Shown here: piece after piece, positions 49,838 to 63,495 of the stretch | Position numbering within the stretch: the first letter of the stretch is position 1 | Layout: the number at the start of each line of letters is the position of its first letter | Origin: Octopus sinensis | Lineage: Eukaryota | Length of the DNA stretch: 64,000 nt | Assembly (NCBI RefSeq): GCF_006345805.1 | Contig: NC_043012.1 | Span: 9,672,001-9,736,000 of the forward strand | Direction of reading: 5' to 3' | Notes under the pieces: model-generated | Databases searched by the model: none | What the model was told of the DNA's origin: nothing | Seen by the model: only the letters and a program-made list of their open reading frames with translations | Translations under genes and position numbers: made by a program

Positions 49838-51079
49838 GGAACACGATCATTGATCCGTTTCTTCTTCGCCTTCCCCGCCACGGTGACCATGTAACCACAA
49901 ATAGTTATTTTTGTTGTTGCTGTACTCATATCGTCTGCTTTGGTTATCATTGTCGCCGAAATTATCAACGCTATTTTGATCGATTGTGGTGTTGATGCAA
50001 GTGCAGTTGCTGAGTTTGCCGATGCAGTATTAGTTACTGTGACATCGCTGGTGGAGATGTTATACTTGATGCCACCAACGTTGTTGTTATTGTTCTTGTG
50101 ATTTTGGTAAGTGTTGGGCGCCTGTGTTTGTGTTGTCGGGCTGGTGGTGTTTATACTCCGTCATCGTTGTAGCCGCTGTTGTTGTTGTTGTATTTGTAAG
50201 ATGTAAGTATTTTTTTAAATTTTTGTTATTGTTGCCGATGATTTCCATTGTTTTTCTTCTCTCTTCCCGGTGCATTCACCAACAATGGTTGCAGTTATGC
50301 AGCTGGAGCAGAAGAGGCTGCTACTGCTGCTCGTTAAGATACAGCCTGTGCATAACTTTACAGCAGCAGTCTTTTGTTATTCTTGTCGTTGTTGTTGCTG
50401 TGTTTGTTGTTATTGTTGCTGTTTTCTTTGTCGTTAGTAGATTTAAGTCTCGCAAGTTTTTGGAAAGACACAGCCATTGCTTAACCCAGCCATAGATTAA
50501 ATGCCAATATAATTGTTCGTTTTCCTACATCTGCGTCAAATGCTGAAATCCTATGTTCAAATCCCACAGGTCGTCTCTCTCAATATTAAACCAATCACAG
50601 ATATACCCACATGACAAACCATCTCTGTTAGTGATGCTTTAGCAGAATTTACAGTTGCAGTTAAAAATACACTTTCAAACATTTATTCTCCTTCGAGTTT
50701 AGGCCACAACAGAAGCAGCTTGATTTTTCATTAAATCGTGGGACCGTTTAAAGATATAGAACCTAGTTTTCAAAATAGCCAATCATGTATTTTTGCGCAT
50801 GGAAAGTTATTCTCTAAAGGGCTGTCCTAGATAACAGTTTCCGTTGTATTTCTTTTTACAGAAGACTACAGGTTGCGCATCTGTGTACGTTACCCCCTAC
50901 CCAATTCTAAACTCTTCATACTATCCAAGAATCTGGCAAGGCCTGTACAAATTGGCACCCGTATTGTCGCAACGATGTACTGCATGATTTACAGCCAAAT
51001 GCTCTCACAGCTTCAGTAGTCCACCGACTTCGAATAAAATAAATGGTAAAGATGACCATAGCGGTATTTGAGTCTAGAG

Positions 51080-51351
51080 AAGGCGGCAAGCTGGCAGAAA
51101 CGTTAGCACGCCGGGCGAAATGCTAAGCGGTTTTTCGTCTGTCGTTACGTTCTGAGTTCAAATTCCGCCGAAGTCGACTTTAGATACGTTCTGAGTTCAA
51201 ATTCTGCCGAGGTCGACTTTGCCTTTTATCCTTTCAGGGTCGATTAAATAAGTACCAGTTACGCACTGGGGTCGATATAATCGACTTAATCCGTTTGTCT
51301 ATCCTTGTTTGTTCTCTGTGTGTTTAGCCCCTTGTGGGTAGTAAAGAAATA
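51080..51351 (+). mobile_element. SINE family C, full length with internal ~35-bp duplication
   Basis: 17-bp TSD GGTATTTGAG(T/C)CTAGAG at 51063-51079 and 51352-51368; TACGTTCTGAGTTCAAATTC.GCCGA.GTCGACTTT occurs twice. Confidence 0.9.
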
Positions 51352-51473
51352 GGTATTTGAGCCTAGAGTATTAGTAACTGCTGGGACACATTCTGTCTAT
51401 TGCATTATTAAAGGCTGCTTGAATTCGCTGCCTTATTAGTAACGCAAGTACAGCTCGCAGGTTCTTGTTTCTC

Positions 51474-51910
51474 TACTCTTTACTCTTTTTACTCTTTTAC
51501 TTGTTTCAGTCATTTGACTGTGGCCATGCTGGAGCACCGCCTTTAGTAAAGTAAATCGACCCCAAGACTAATTCTTTGTAAGCCTACTACTTATTCTATC
51601 GACCTCTTTTGCCGAAACCGCTAAGTTATGGGGACGTAAACACACCAGCTTCTGTTGTCAAGCGATGCTGGATGGACAAACACAGACACAGAAACATACA
51701 CACACACACACACACACGCACACACACACACACACACACACACCACACACACATACATATATACATATAAACATATATACGACGGGCTTCTTTCAGTTTC
51801 CGTCTACGAAATCCACTCTGAAGATACTTGCCTCAGGTGCCACGCAGTGGGACTGAACCCGGAACCATGTGGTTCGTAAGCAAGCTACTTACCACACAGC
51901 CACTCCTGCG
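51474..51910 (-). mobile_element. SINE family A (near full length, small internal deletion)
   Basis: Collinear with other family A copies. Confidence 0.9.
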
Positions 51911-52329
51911 GTTCTGTTGATTGTTTTTAATTTTTTTTAATTTTTAAAAGTTTTATTATATAACATTTGTAAAGGCCACCGGATCTACATAGGACCGGTT
52001 GATTTATGTTTGCGCCCTTTCTGGAGCACAAATTTGAAAGTTAAATTTTCGAAATTAGTTTTGAGAATAAGCTTTAAAAACACGGTTTTGGACAGCTAAA
52101 ATAGTTTAATAGAGAGAGAAGTGCAAAAAGGGCTAAGAAAGAGTTGTAGCCCTCGCCCCTCACGTGGAGAGAAAGGAGTACTCTTTGAGCCCCAAGGCCA
52201 AATAACTACGCCATTGATATTATGACAGACGGTGGTGGCAGCAACAAAAACGAAAATGACATTCACAAGAGAAATACGAGCGTCAGAAGCATTACTGGAG
52301 AAGGCGGAGTATTAGAGATTGAAGGGGAG

Positions 52330-52657
52330 GAGGAGGAAATATCAACGTTGAGTATTCAAAGTTCAACCGAATGTGATTATAACGGCGAAAACAACAGTAG
52401 TTGCAGTCGTAGCAGCGGCAGAGGAACTAAAGGTAACATCATCATCAGCAGCAGCAGCAGCGCCGGTGGCAGCAGCAGCGCCAGTGGCAGCAGCAGCAGC
52501 AATGACAATAACAGCAACCACAACAGCGTCAATAACAGCAGCAACGACGATATTGACGACGAGGTGGACGACGACGACGACAATAACAACAACTGCATTG
52601 GCTACTACATATGTAACAACAAAAAGAAAAGCATATAGGGGGAACAGCATATACAAC

Positions 52658-52688
<31 letters not shown>

Positions 52689-52689
52689 G

Positions 52690-52738
<49 letters not shown>

Positions 52739-52740
52739 TA
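52330..52740. repeat. low-complexity (AGC)/(GAC)/(AAC) and (AG)n tract
   Basis: Direct reading. Confidence 0.85.
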
Positions 52741-52759
52741 AGAATGTGATAAATGAAAT

Positions 52760-53470
52760 GCGACGACCAGAAAAACTTTTGCTGGGATGGCAACCAAAAT
52801 CAATGCAGTTTGTCTATCAGTCACTAAGTGAAGTTCAAAGACTGACAAAAGCGAAATAGCTTGCAATATTCGATGGTAGGAGAGCAGATGTTGCTATCAC
52901 AGTTGAGGCCTTGGCAGAAACTGCCCGAAAGATCGTCGCATACTGTTGTGTGTAAGCTAAAATCTGATGTTTGGAGTCGGTAACACATGCCCAGGCGGAA
53001 GGAACCCCGAAAGAAATGTGTGAGGACAAACAACCTGTGTCGAGGGCTAGATGGTTCGAGAGTCTGAGATCTTCTTCAAGAGCGAAGTACTTATATTGAA
53101 GCACTCCCAATGGTGCCATATGTAACAGATTTGCTCCTCTACCTAAGCTCTGTTGGGAGAACGATCTCTCACTTTAATGTACGTAAAGTTCACATGGGTT
53201 GAATGCCTGTTAGATACTAGCGTGTGTCATCCTGGAAGGCAATATAGCTCTGTTCGAAACGAAGCGAGCGGAGACAGTTTTGATCAGGTACTACAGTAGA
53301 GATTTCCTTCCTGGTCAAACCGGCGAACGTGGATTAGATCCGAGACTTAATCTACATATACCCAATGAAGAGGAGCTGCAAATTACGACTGAAGGCATAA
53401 AGCCAAGATGTCACGTATATGGTTGGTGCAAAAGACCGCATCCATGGATTCTACTTCGAAAAAAGCCCGC
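52760..53470 (+). pseudogene. possible decayed L1/Tx1-type ORF1 remnant
   Basis: ORF 53280-53630 has TEGIKPRCHVYGWCKRPHPWILLRKK, loosely like EGRPP.C..C....H....C.KK zinc-knuckle segments of LINE ORF1. Confidence 0.3.
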
Positions 53471-53729
53471 AAAATTAATGGTTGCGTACAACGGTGGCTG
53501 TAAGAGTAACAACAGTATCGACAGCAACGATAACAAGAACAATGGTAGTAGTAGTACCAACACCAACGACAGCAGTAACATCGAAACCAGCAACAGCAAA
53601 AACCCACACCACAAATCCAGGATCTGCTAACCAGGAATATATGCAACCCAACACCCTCTCTATTACTCTCCCTCATTCACACCTTCTTTCAAACACACAC
53701 ACACACACACACAAACAATCACACTACTG

Positions 53730-55825
53730 GTGTATTTGGCTCATCTTCTCCAAAACCAGGGACGATGTTAACTTACTAACAATAAATAACAGGGGTGAGA
53801 CGGAGTCTTCTTGAATGACCCCTCGTGATGTCCACTCCTGACGCCCAATTTCCTTTCCATCTGTTTTCAAAACTATCTTTCCTTTACTCATACTGTTTCT
53901 CATTAAATATATATATTTTTGTTTTCCCCGTTCTCCCCCAATGTTTTGGAATCCACGATTGAGAACCATATCGTATGCTCTATTATAGTCAATTGAAGAC
54001 ATTTATAAGCTTTTCAAACTTCTTGAGCTTCTCAAAATTGCTATATCTATCAGCAACTGACCTTTTGTTCCTTGCGATCCCTTTCTGTAGCCTTTCTGTT
54101 CATCTCCTAGCAGCCCATGTGTTTTAAGTGGTTGCACAATTTACCGATTATTCCGGTTAGACGCTTCCACATCGTAAGTACGAATGTAGACGGATGTTAG
54201 TTACTAGCCTCGTCAGAAATTAGCTGGGTCTTTCTCGAATAACACAGTTTATTCTTTGAACAGCCACCCTGGTACAATTCCTTGGTGTACACAGCCTTGC
54301 AAGAAGTCAAGTTGCTTCGGATGCAAATTCGTCAATTTCTGGAATCAAAAACTCTGAACTAAATTCAGGTCGCGCAAGTTGCAGTTTCTTATCTTTCGAA
54401 CTTCTGCTTGTATATCTTTCAACGTGATGGTAATGCCCTCGCGTATCTCCATGTCGTTCGTTTCTTCTTCCTCTTCTGCAAACTGGGGTTCCTTTCTGTT
54501 GTTTGACCTTCTCTGACTAGATTTGACTCCAAAATGAAGTTTGTTGCTTTAAGATCAGGTAACTCTGGATCTTCTCTATTTTCTCTATCCAGAATTTCGT
54601 TGAACCCTTTCTGATTCGTTCTGTACTGTTAGTTTTATTTAATCTGTAGAGACCTTTCCTCGTATATTTTGCTTTAATATGTCCAACACAAAATGAAGTG
54701 CCATTATCCTGCAGCTGATAGTTGTTATTCAAGTGGTTCATATTATCTCTCCTTATTTACACGATCTTACTTAAATCCTTTTGCCATGTATCAATGATTC
54801 AAATTTATTCTCCTTTTCCAGAATGGTTCTTTGTTTTCCTATTTTTATTCTTCTCTAAACATCCTCATCTTCTTTGCGATGACATAAACAATAGGATACA
54901 TCAAAGAATTTAACTTTGTGATGTCCTTAATTGGGATTCTCATAACATCTTCATTCACTTTCCCGACTTCTGTTCTTAGCTTTGCCATTATCACATGACT
55001 TCAAATATGATAATGTTTCGTTTTGTTCAAGGTGCGTCACTTCCAGAATGCTTTCACGGAGAGCAGCTAGTTCTAGGCTAATTTCTTTTGACGACACGCC
55101 AGCTTGAGGTAGATTAAGTTGTTCTAAAGCCGGTACATTTCATCCTTAGCAAGTCGGAATTCTGACAATTCTGAGAAGTCTTCTGCTATTGTAATCCATT
55201 GCAGTTCCTTTCTAAATGCCATTTTAATTTCTTCTTGTTCAATCTCTTCTATCTCCTTCATGACCTTAACTTTTCTGATGTGATCAACCAGTCTTTGTTC
55301 ACCCACATCCTTCAAATCATCATATTTAAAATATTTTTCCAGAGCTCTTGTAATCTTTTTCTGTAGCCTCTTTTCTATTGTTCACTCCTAATATAACATT
55401 CAAAAAGCAAATTTTGTTAACTTTTGTTCATATCAATCTCCTTTGTTTTTGTTGGTCAGCAGTAGATTTATTACGCCAGGGTCTGCGCGGCCGTTTCACA
55501 GAGCTCTTGTTGGATGCGACGCTTTTACTAAAAGTTCCAGCTTCGTGGACATCGTTAAGGCTATATACCGTTTTAGACATTCCTCTCATGAATGAGGTGT
55601 GTGCTCTGTTTTACTGCGCTGATCGCCACCCATAGTCTTTACTCATACACATACAGTTGGACACTAGAATGTTCATCCGTTCTTTAAGAGAATTTATTTT
55701 TCGTTCTGTAGGGTGTTCAACAAAACCACTCCTTTTATCAGGCAAGAACTAGGTAGTGTTGCCTGTTTTCCTCACCGATGGCCCGACTATGAATCAGATC
55801 ATACTGGATTACCTGTTACCAATAG
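53730..55825 (-). mobile_element. 5' ~2.1 kb of a degenerate R4/Dong-like retrotransposon
   Basis: DEQKGYRKGSQGTKGQLLIDIAIL...IDYNRAYDMV...RGVIQEDSVSPLLFIV are RT motifs of the R4/Dong type; the 5' end abuts a (TAA)n tract at ~55828. Confidence 0.8.
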
Positions 55826-55859
55826 TGACCTGACTTATTATTATTATTATTATTATTAT

Positions 55860-56072
55860 TCAGTAGTTTTATTTTTATAGCGTGCTTTCACTTCACTACC
55901 GAGCGCAGCTCTGTGTACCTTGGGTATGAGCTGTGATTTGTTGTGATGCTCTGATGGTTATTGTATGGAAAGTGTTCTGTGTAGGATGTGTGCAGTGCCT
56001 AGTAGTGCAATTTTCTGTATGTTATATGTGTTTGTAAGTCCTGGTGTTTTTGTTATGTATTTGTCTGAATAT
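55860..56072 (-). mobile_element. family E (Dong-like 3' end)
   Basis: Collinear with 41664-41880; (TTA)n on both flanks. Confidence 0.85.
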
Positions 56073-56077
56073 TTTTA

Positions 56078-56136
<59 letters not shown>

Positions 56137-56167
56137 GTTATTGTTATTATTATTATTATTATTATTA

Positions 56168-56206
<39 letters not shown>

Positions 56207-56400
56207 GTGAGCTGGACGAAATTCTTAGAGGTATTTCGCCCGTCGATAAGTTCTGAGTTCAAATTCGGCTGAGGTCGACCTTGCTTTTCATCCTTTCGGG
56301 ATCTATAAAATAAGTACCAGTTGAACACTGGGGTTGATGTAATCGACTCATCTCCACCCCCAAAATTGCTACCCTGGTGGCAAAATTAGAAACCATTATT
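56207..56400 (+). mobile_element. SINE family C (diverged)
   Basis: GGTATTTCGCCC..TTCTGAGTTCAAATTC.GC.GAGGTCGAC..GCTTTTCATCCTTTCGGG. Confidence 0.8.
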
Positions 56401-56654
56401 ATTATTGAGTCAGAGGGCTGCGCATGCTATCAAAGTGACACTGGGTAAATTATACGGAGCCCAATATGCCCATCATGACTACCTGTTCGATAAGGTTACG
56501 CAGAGCACATGCATCACAACCATATGTGCGCGACATAGTGATCTCATATCAAGATAAACAGCGCATGATCATACAGGTAGGGCCCAGTTAGAATTTTCTT
56601 TAGGTCGAGTAGCCCACCTCACTCAAAAGGTCCTTGAATAAGAGTTATTTAAGG

Positions 56655-57156
<502 letters not shown>

Positions 57157-57470
57157 GTTGTTTAAGGATGTTGAACAAACTACCCAAGTTTTCAAAGGTA
57201 AATTATCCCAAACCCAGAGAATTCCTCTCAATACATAACTATGATATCCCCCAATACTTCTGCTCGTGATCAGAGATGCACATATCGTCAGACACTAAAG
57301 GACATGCTCAACTTGTTAAGGCCAAGCATCTGACAAGCAAATCTGTGGTAATGAGCAAAATATTTACTCTAGCTCATTTTTGATACCAATACTACAATGT
57401 ACATGATAACACTTCCAAAAAGTTAAGATTATAAGCCATGGGAGCCACTGCGTGGTACGGTGTCAATTAT

Positions 57471-57878
57471 TGAGGCGGCGAGCTGGCAGAATCGTTAGAA
57501 CGCTGGGCGAAATGCTTGGCGGTATTTCGTCTACTTTTACGTTCTGGGTTCAATTTCCGCCGAGGTCGAATTTGCTTCTCATTCTTTCGGGGTCGATAAA
57601 TTAAGTACTAGTTGCCAACTGCGGTCGATCTAATCTACTGCCCCCTTCCCCACCAAATTTCGGGTATTTTTGTAGAAAAGAATCGTTCGCACCCTGGATG
57701 AAAATCTTAGCGGTATTTCGCCCGTCGCTAGTTGTGATTTTAAATTTTGCCGAGGTCGACTTTGCCTTTCATCCTTTCGGTGTCGATCAATTAAGTACCA
57801 GTGATACACTATTCCTCCCCACCAAATTTAAGTCCCCCACCAAAGATATTGTGCCTATAGTAGAAAGGATTGTTATTA

Positions 57879-57880
<2 letters not shown>
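57471..57880 (+). mobile_element. two tandem family C SINE copies
   Basis: Heads at ~57472 (GAGGCGGCGAGCTGGCAGAATCG) and ~57680. Confidence 0.8.
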
Positions 57881-57911
<31 letters not shown>

Positions 57912-58561
57912 TTGTTGTCGTTGTTGTCCCTGTTGTTGTTGGAGTTGTTGGTATCATTGTTGTTGGTATTGCTGCTGTTGTTATTAGGTCAGTGTTATCA
58001 GGAATCGTTGAACCAAATAACAAACACTTTATTGACTGGCCTTTGTCGGTAATCCGACAATGGGGACAGAACTCAAGAGGAATCGACTCAGCGTTATGTA
58101 GTTTACCATTGTAAAAATTCTTTTCGTAAATGGAAGCTGGCTGAATGACAATAATTGTTTAGCAATTATTTCGATAACAAAACTATTCATCTTGAATAAA
58201 CTGGAAGTACATTTGGATTTGACAGTTGTCAGCAATGCACCGGGGAAGTTTGACATACAAAGCACCAGTATAAAGACTGCGCTAGGAATGGGAATACACA
58301 ATTGAAAAGTTGAGAATGAAAAACAGGCATAATTAAACGAAATGAAAGTAATTGCCAGGACAAATTGAAAACATCTCATTTTGAAGATTCTTCTGGGAAC
58401 AGATACTTGTACGAGACGTGTGTAGTTATTAAGGTTCAACATTAAAATAGAAGTTGTCTACGTTATAAGGTATTTCATACTAATGATAATTACAAATGAT
58501 ACCGAAGTAACCTCCTACTGGTAAGTGGAGGTATAGTCTCATAGGGATTTATAATCAAGGC

Positions 58562-58862
58562 TATTGAGCGAAAACACCTAAAGCTCCACGAGGCTCCGGC
58601 AGGGGACGGTGGTGATCCCTGCTGTACTCTTTCGCCACAACTCTCTCTCACTCTTACTTCCTGTTTCTGTTGTACCTGTATTTCAAAGGGCCGGCCTTGT
58701 CACTCTCTGTGTCACGCTGAATATCCCCGAGAACTACGTTAAGGGTACACATGTCTGTGGAGTGCTCAGCCACTTACACGTTAATTTCACGAGCAGGCTG
58801 TTCCGTTGATCGGATCAACCGGAACCCTCGTCGTCGTAACCGACGGAGTGCTTCCATTTCCA
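58562..58862 (+). mobile_element. SINE family B, tail i, 5'-truncated
   Basis: 12-bp TSD TATAATCAAGGC at 58550-58561 and 58863-58874. Confidence 0.9.
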
Positions 58863-60084
58863 TATAATCAAGGCGCAGTGACAGAGTCCGTTGAATTTTG
58901 GAACGAATGGTTTCTGAGTTCAAATCAAACTAGGACCAAATTTACCTTTCATTATTTCGAGGTCGATAAAAATTAATACAATTTTTTGGATTTGGTAAAT
59001 TGTATTAACATTTATTATAGGATGCCTTGGTGTATTTGTCCCGGATCTTTGCCTTCCGTCTTCAAATGCAGTCATTGTCTACTTGGCTTCTAAACTGAAC
59101 CCGTTGTCAAGTTTAACACCATCATCCGTCATCTGCCATGCCTTTAGCGAAATACATTCTGTTCACAGCTTCCTGACTTGGGATCCGGTTAGACGATGCC
59201 TTTTTCTCTCCCTATCAAAGGTCCTACAAAAAGTTTTACTCACCTTCTTGATTAGAAAATATAACCGATATTAGAATCAACAATTAGGAAAGTAGCACAT
59301 CATGTTCGATTGATCTGTTCAAACATATGTAGTCAGATTGAACGAAAATAAAAAAAGGAAATATTAATAAACTTGAAGTTAGGGACATCACTTACGTAAG
59401 GAATTGACGCCAAAACACAACCTCTGAATGAGGTTAAATGCCCAACGTAGAATCTAAAGAATTCCTTTTTATACTTATTTTGTCAACTAGGCATGCTGCA
59501 TCCGTTACTCCATAATAATTAACAAATTCTAACTCGGGAGAAATAGTCATATCACGATATAAGTACAGCAGATATGTGCATGTTCCTAAGTAGATATGTT
59601 TTACTGCAGAATATTGCCATGCACTTTGTCTCGATGTAAGTACATATGTATGTGTGTGAGTTTGCATATATGATTCTGTGTCGCTATATCGAATCTGTCA
59701 TAGACACAAGAATTTTTGACTGGTTAAGGTGTTCTCTTCATAACTATGAATTCCCAGTTTCGATTCCTAGGCGTGGCAGTTAGGACGAGTCCATTCAACG
59801 GCAACTAGAGTTGCTCCAAACCTTGCCTGAGAAAATTTATACTGTAAAACTGTACGGAATTCAGTCGTATGGTCTGCCCGAGAATCACGTTAAGTGTATA
59901 CGAGTCTATGGAATACTCAGCCACTAATACGTTAGTAGGATGGATACGTAGTTCAATTGATCAGACAACTGGAATACAATCGTGGAAATTGACGGAGGTC
60001 CCATATTCATTAGATATTACAGAGGTATATCTTCAGTTAAGCAGACCAATGCAGAAGGGTAAATTTCGCAGCACCAATATCTGT

Positions 60085-60240
60085 GAAGGCGAATGGCATA
60101 ATGATTAGGCTATTGCACTCGGAGTCATCAGATCATGAGTTCGATTCTAAGACCGGTCGAATTGTATTGTTCTTGAGCAAAACACTTCCTTTCACGTTGC
60201 GTCAGTGCTGTATGGAGACTGGTATGTCAAAGAACAGACC
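60085..60240 (+). mobile_element. diverged CORE-type SINE fragment
   Basis: GAGTTCGATTC B box and TTCTTGAGCAAAACACTT segment. Confidence 0.6.
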
Positions 60241-60249
60241 CCAAATTTT

Positions 60250-60900
60250 CTCTGCATATCATCAAATGTAAGTATACGAAGATGAGGTAGGATTTGCATT
60301 TTGATTTGGTAAAAACTCTCTTCAGTAACGACTGCCCTGTCAAAGCTATGGCTTGAAATATTGTCGCCTGAGTAGTGCAAAGATGTCATCCGCCAGGCGT
60401 AGAGAATCACTAACAAATAGTGGGTGCCGCGAAGTGTTGTTAGAGAGCAGGCCCGCATACAGTACATTACAGCATCTGCTACATTTGCTGACCACTTGTT
60501 TGGGTAACTGGTCTTTGGTTAGCTCTTGTATGGATATCTGTGCATTTAGGATTGCACATCAGTGTTGCAGTGAAATCTTGGACAGTAATATCATTAAGTA
60601 TTTAACTCTCCATCAATTTCCTCACACTGGTTTCAACGGTACTTTTTATTTGATTAATATCAAGATCCCATTTATCAGTAATCAAATCTGGGACGCAAGA
60701 CTCACTCAATCTTTCAACTATGGATGACTATAAACGCAAACCAGAGGGACATGGCTCACTGTATGTTGTACTGATCAAAAATAATTGCTGTCGAGGAAAG
60801 CGTTAAAATATGGCGGCATCAGTATTCGGGCATTAAATGCGAGTGACACAGAATACTTTAAGGTTTCAGATTGGAAAGATGAAGAATGTATCGTTATTTA
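60250..60900 (-). pseudogene. degenerate RTE-like reverse-transcriptase remnant
   Basis: Minus-strand peptides NTDAAIF*RFPRQ (cf. ST.D.IF.LRQL), PL.FAFIV, and SLRLADDIFAL (cf. LLYADD) in the correct order. Confidence 0.4.
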
Positions 60901-61123
60901 ATAAATTGTTATGCCACAAGGACAAGGATTCATATTTAGAGGAGAAGGGGCATTAGAATTTGTGATGCATATCATTTTCCTCAGAGTTTTAGCTCCGATA
61001 CGTATTTATGTATGTATGTATGCATGTATGTATGTATGTATGTATGTATGTATGTATGTATGCATGTATGTATGTATGCATGTATGTATGTATGTATGTA
61101 TGTATGTAGTATGTATGTGTGTG

Positions 61124-61444
<321 letters not shown>

Positions 61445-61569
61445 GTATATATGATATACATGCATTTATATATATGCATATATATTTACATATATATATG
61501 ATATACATACATGTATATATATATATATATAGTGTAGAGCATCATAGAAAGGAAAATAGTGTAATCGCC

Positions 61570-62076
61570 AAAATCGTATGAAGCCAGACTAACTAGGCAG
61601 TGGTTAACATGGGATAATATCATACATACCATACCACATAACACAATACATACGTTATGTAATATAATCCACCATATCACATAACGTCCCATAATTTTTA
61701 TATTTTGTACTGGGAGTAAGACAACAACGGGTAATACGCCCAAAGTAATTCCCACCATCAAAGTTCAAGTATGATAACCATAATTGTTCGTTTCGAAAAT
61801 ACTTAAACGTGTGGGTGCATGATACCTTTAGGTCTAATCTATTATTAATCAGGTTGTTCTTTTCTCTATACTTAAAAATCTCATAAATTTTCATAGACAA
61901 AGCTCCCACCCATATCCACTATCTCTATAAGGCTGCGCTCTCCGTATCATATCCCATTTAGGGCTAAATCCGGTCCCGCTATCTTTCAGTTCCCAAATCT
62001 TACTAGCTTTATGTCTGAGTCGAAGTGATGAAAAATGGTTATTAATAGGTTTTCTTTTATATGTATCGAACATCCG
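61570..62076 (-). mobile_element. 3' fragment of a Penelope-like element (GIY-YIG endonuclease C-terminus)
   Basis: FDTYKRKPINNHFSSLR...SKIWELKDSG..FSPKWDMIRRAQPY...ELCL / ..NNLINNRLDLKVSCTH follows the PLE pattern KIW.LK...W.I...A.PY...C.LCL.EK...LN.R.E...C.H. Confidence 0.8.
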
Positions 62077-62096
62077 ATATATATAATATATATATA

Positions 62097-62175
<79 letters not shown>

Positions 62176-63123
62176 AATAATATTAAGGAATGGCCTTAAT
62201 AGGCCATTCAACTCACTAAATCGAGCAGCTAAACTCAAACCGCTAAATAGTAGTAATTCAGGAATCAAAGGAAAATTAAAAAACATTTACCCTAATCATC
62301 TTTGGACAATGCATTGTTTCGACGTACTTTTTGGTAAACCAGCCTAATTAAATTAAATTAAATTTAATCAAGTCAATTTGCCACTGGCCCGTCTCATCGG
62401 CAAAGAAGCCAGGAGTAGTAAATATTTCACGAGGCAACAGCATCGATGCCTTGGGAATATATACTCTAAATTTTCAAAATCTACCGTCATCGCGCCAACT
62501 TATCAGCAGCAAATATAAACTGCTGATTTAATTTCAGAATTAGCCAAACAATCATTAATTAATCAATATAAGGTTAGCAAAAAATTCAATAGAAATTTTT
62601 CGCCACCAGGGTCTGGTGAGAAAGAAAACATAGCCAACAGACTATATAATATACGTTCAACAATAATATTAAGGAATGGCCTTAATAGGCCATTCAACTC
62701 ACTAAATCGAGCAGCTAAACTCAAACCGCTAAATAGTAGTAATTCAGAAATCAAAGGAAAATTAAAAAACATTTACCCTAATCATCTTTGGACAATGCAT
62801 TGTTTCGACGTGGTAAATTGACTTGATTAAATTTAATTTAATTTAATTAGGCTGGTTTACCAAAAAGTACGTCGAAACAATGCATTGTCCAAAGATGATT
62901 AGGGTAAATGTTTTTTAATTTTCCTTTGATTTCTGAATTACTACCATTTAGCGGTTTGAGTTTAGCTGCTCGATTTAGTGAGTTGAATGGCCTATAGAGG
63001 CCATTCCTTAATATTATTGTTGAACGTATATTATATAGTCTGCTGACTTTTTTTTCTTTCTCACTAGACTGCTGGTGGCGAAAAAATTTCTATTGAATTT
63101 TTTGCTACCCTTATATTGATTAA
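62176..63123. repeat. 486-bp unit in tandem (62176 and 62662 starts) plus a 312-bp inverted copy (62812-63123)
   Basis: Direct comparison: near-identical direct repeat and inverted arm; PLE/retrozyme-like architecture. Confidence 0.92.
62300..62405 (-). ncRNA. type-I hammerhead fold with long helix II insertion and U4C core change
   Basis: CUUUG-CCGAUGA-GACG(65 nt)CGUC-GAA-ACAAUGCAUUGU-C-CAAAG; 12-nt palindromic helix III, GUC triplet. Confidence 0.65.
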
Positions 63124-63240
63124 ATATATATATATAAAGTTACCAGCTTTAGTCACAATTGTACATTTATAAACTACGTTTTCGATTAAACATAATAAAC
63201 AGACAATGGGATTTAACTCTACAATTGCAAGAGAGAGTGT

Positions 63241-63272
<32 letters not shown>

Positions 63273-63353
63273 TTCTTCTTCTTCTTCTTCTTTTCTTCCA
63301 CCTCCTCCTCCTCCTTCTCTTCTTCTTATTCTCCTTATTCTTATTGCTATTAC

Positions 63354-63402
<49 letters not shown>

Positions 63403-63424
63403 ATTATTATTATTATTATTATTA

Positions 63425-63468
<44 letters not shown>

Positions 63469-63495
63469 CATCATCATCACCACCATTATTATTAT
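63241..63495. repeat. compound (CTT)/(TTA)/(TCA) microsatellite
   Basis: Direct reading. Confidence 0.95.

Noticed and set aside
50690-50835. Helitron helicase motif-like peptide (SCIFAHGKLF)
   Set aside because: Resemblance to PVFSHGQLYVA is too short and neighbouring motifs do not align.
52222-52638. Ser/Asn/Asp-rich 138-aa ORF as a host exon
   Set aside because: Composed of trinucleotide low-complexity runs; no recognisable domain or convincing splice signals, though a low-complexity exon cannot be fully excluded without RNA data.
55700-55825. HDV-like ribozyme at the 5' end of the Dong-like element
   Set aside because: Only a partial P1-like pairing is visible; P2, P3 and P1.1 could not be assigned.
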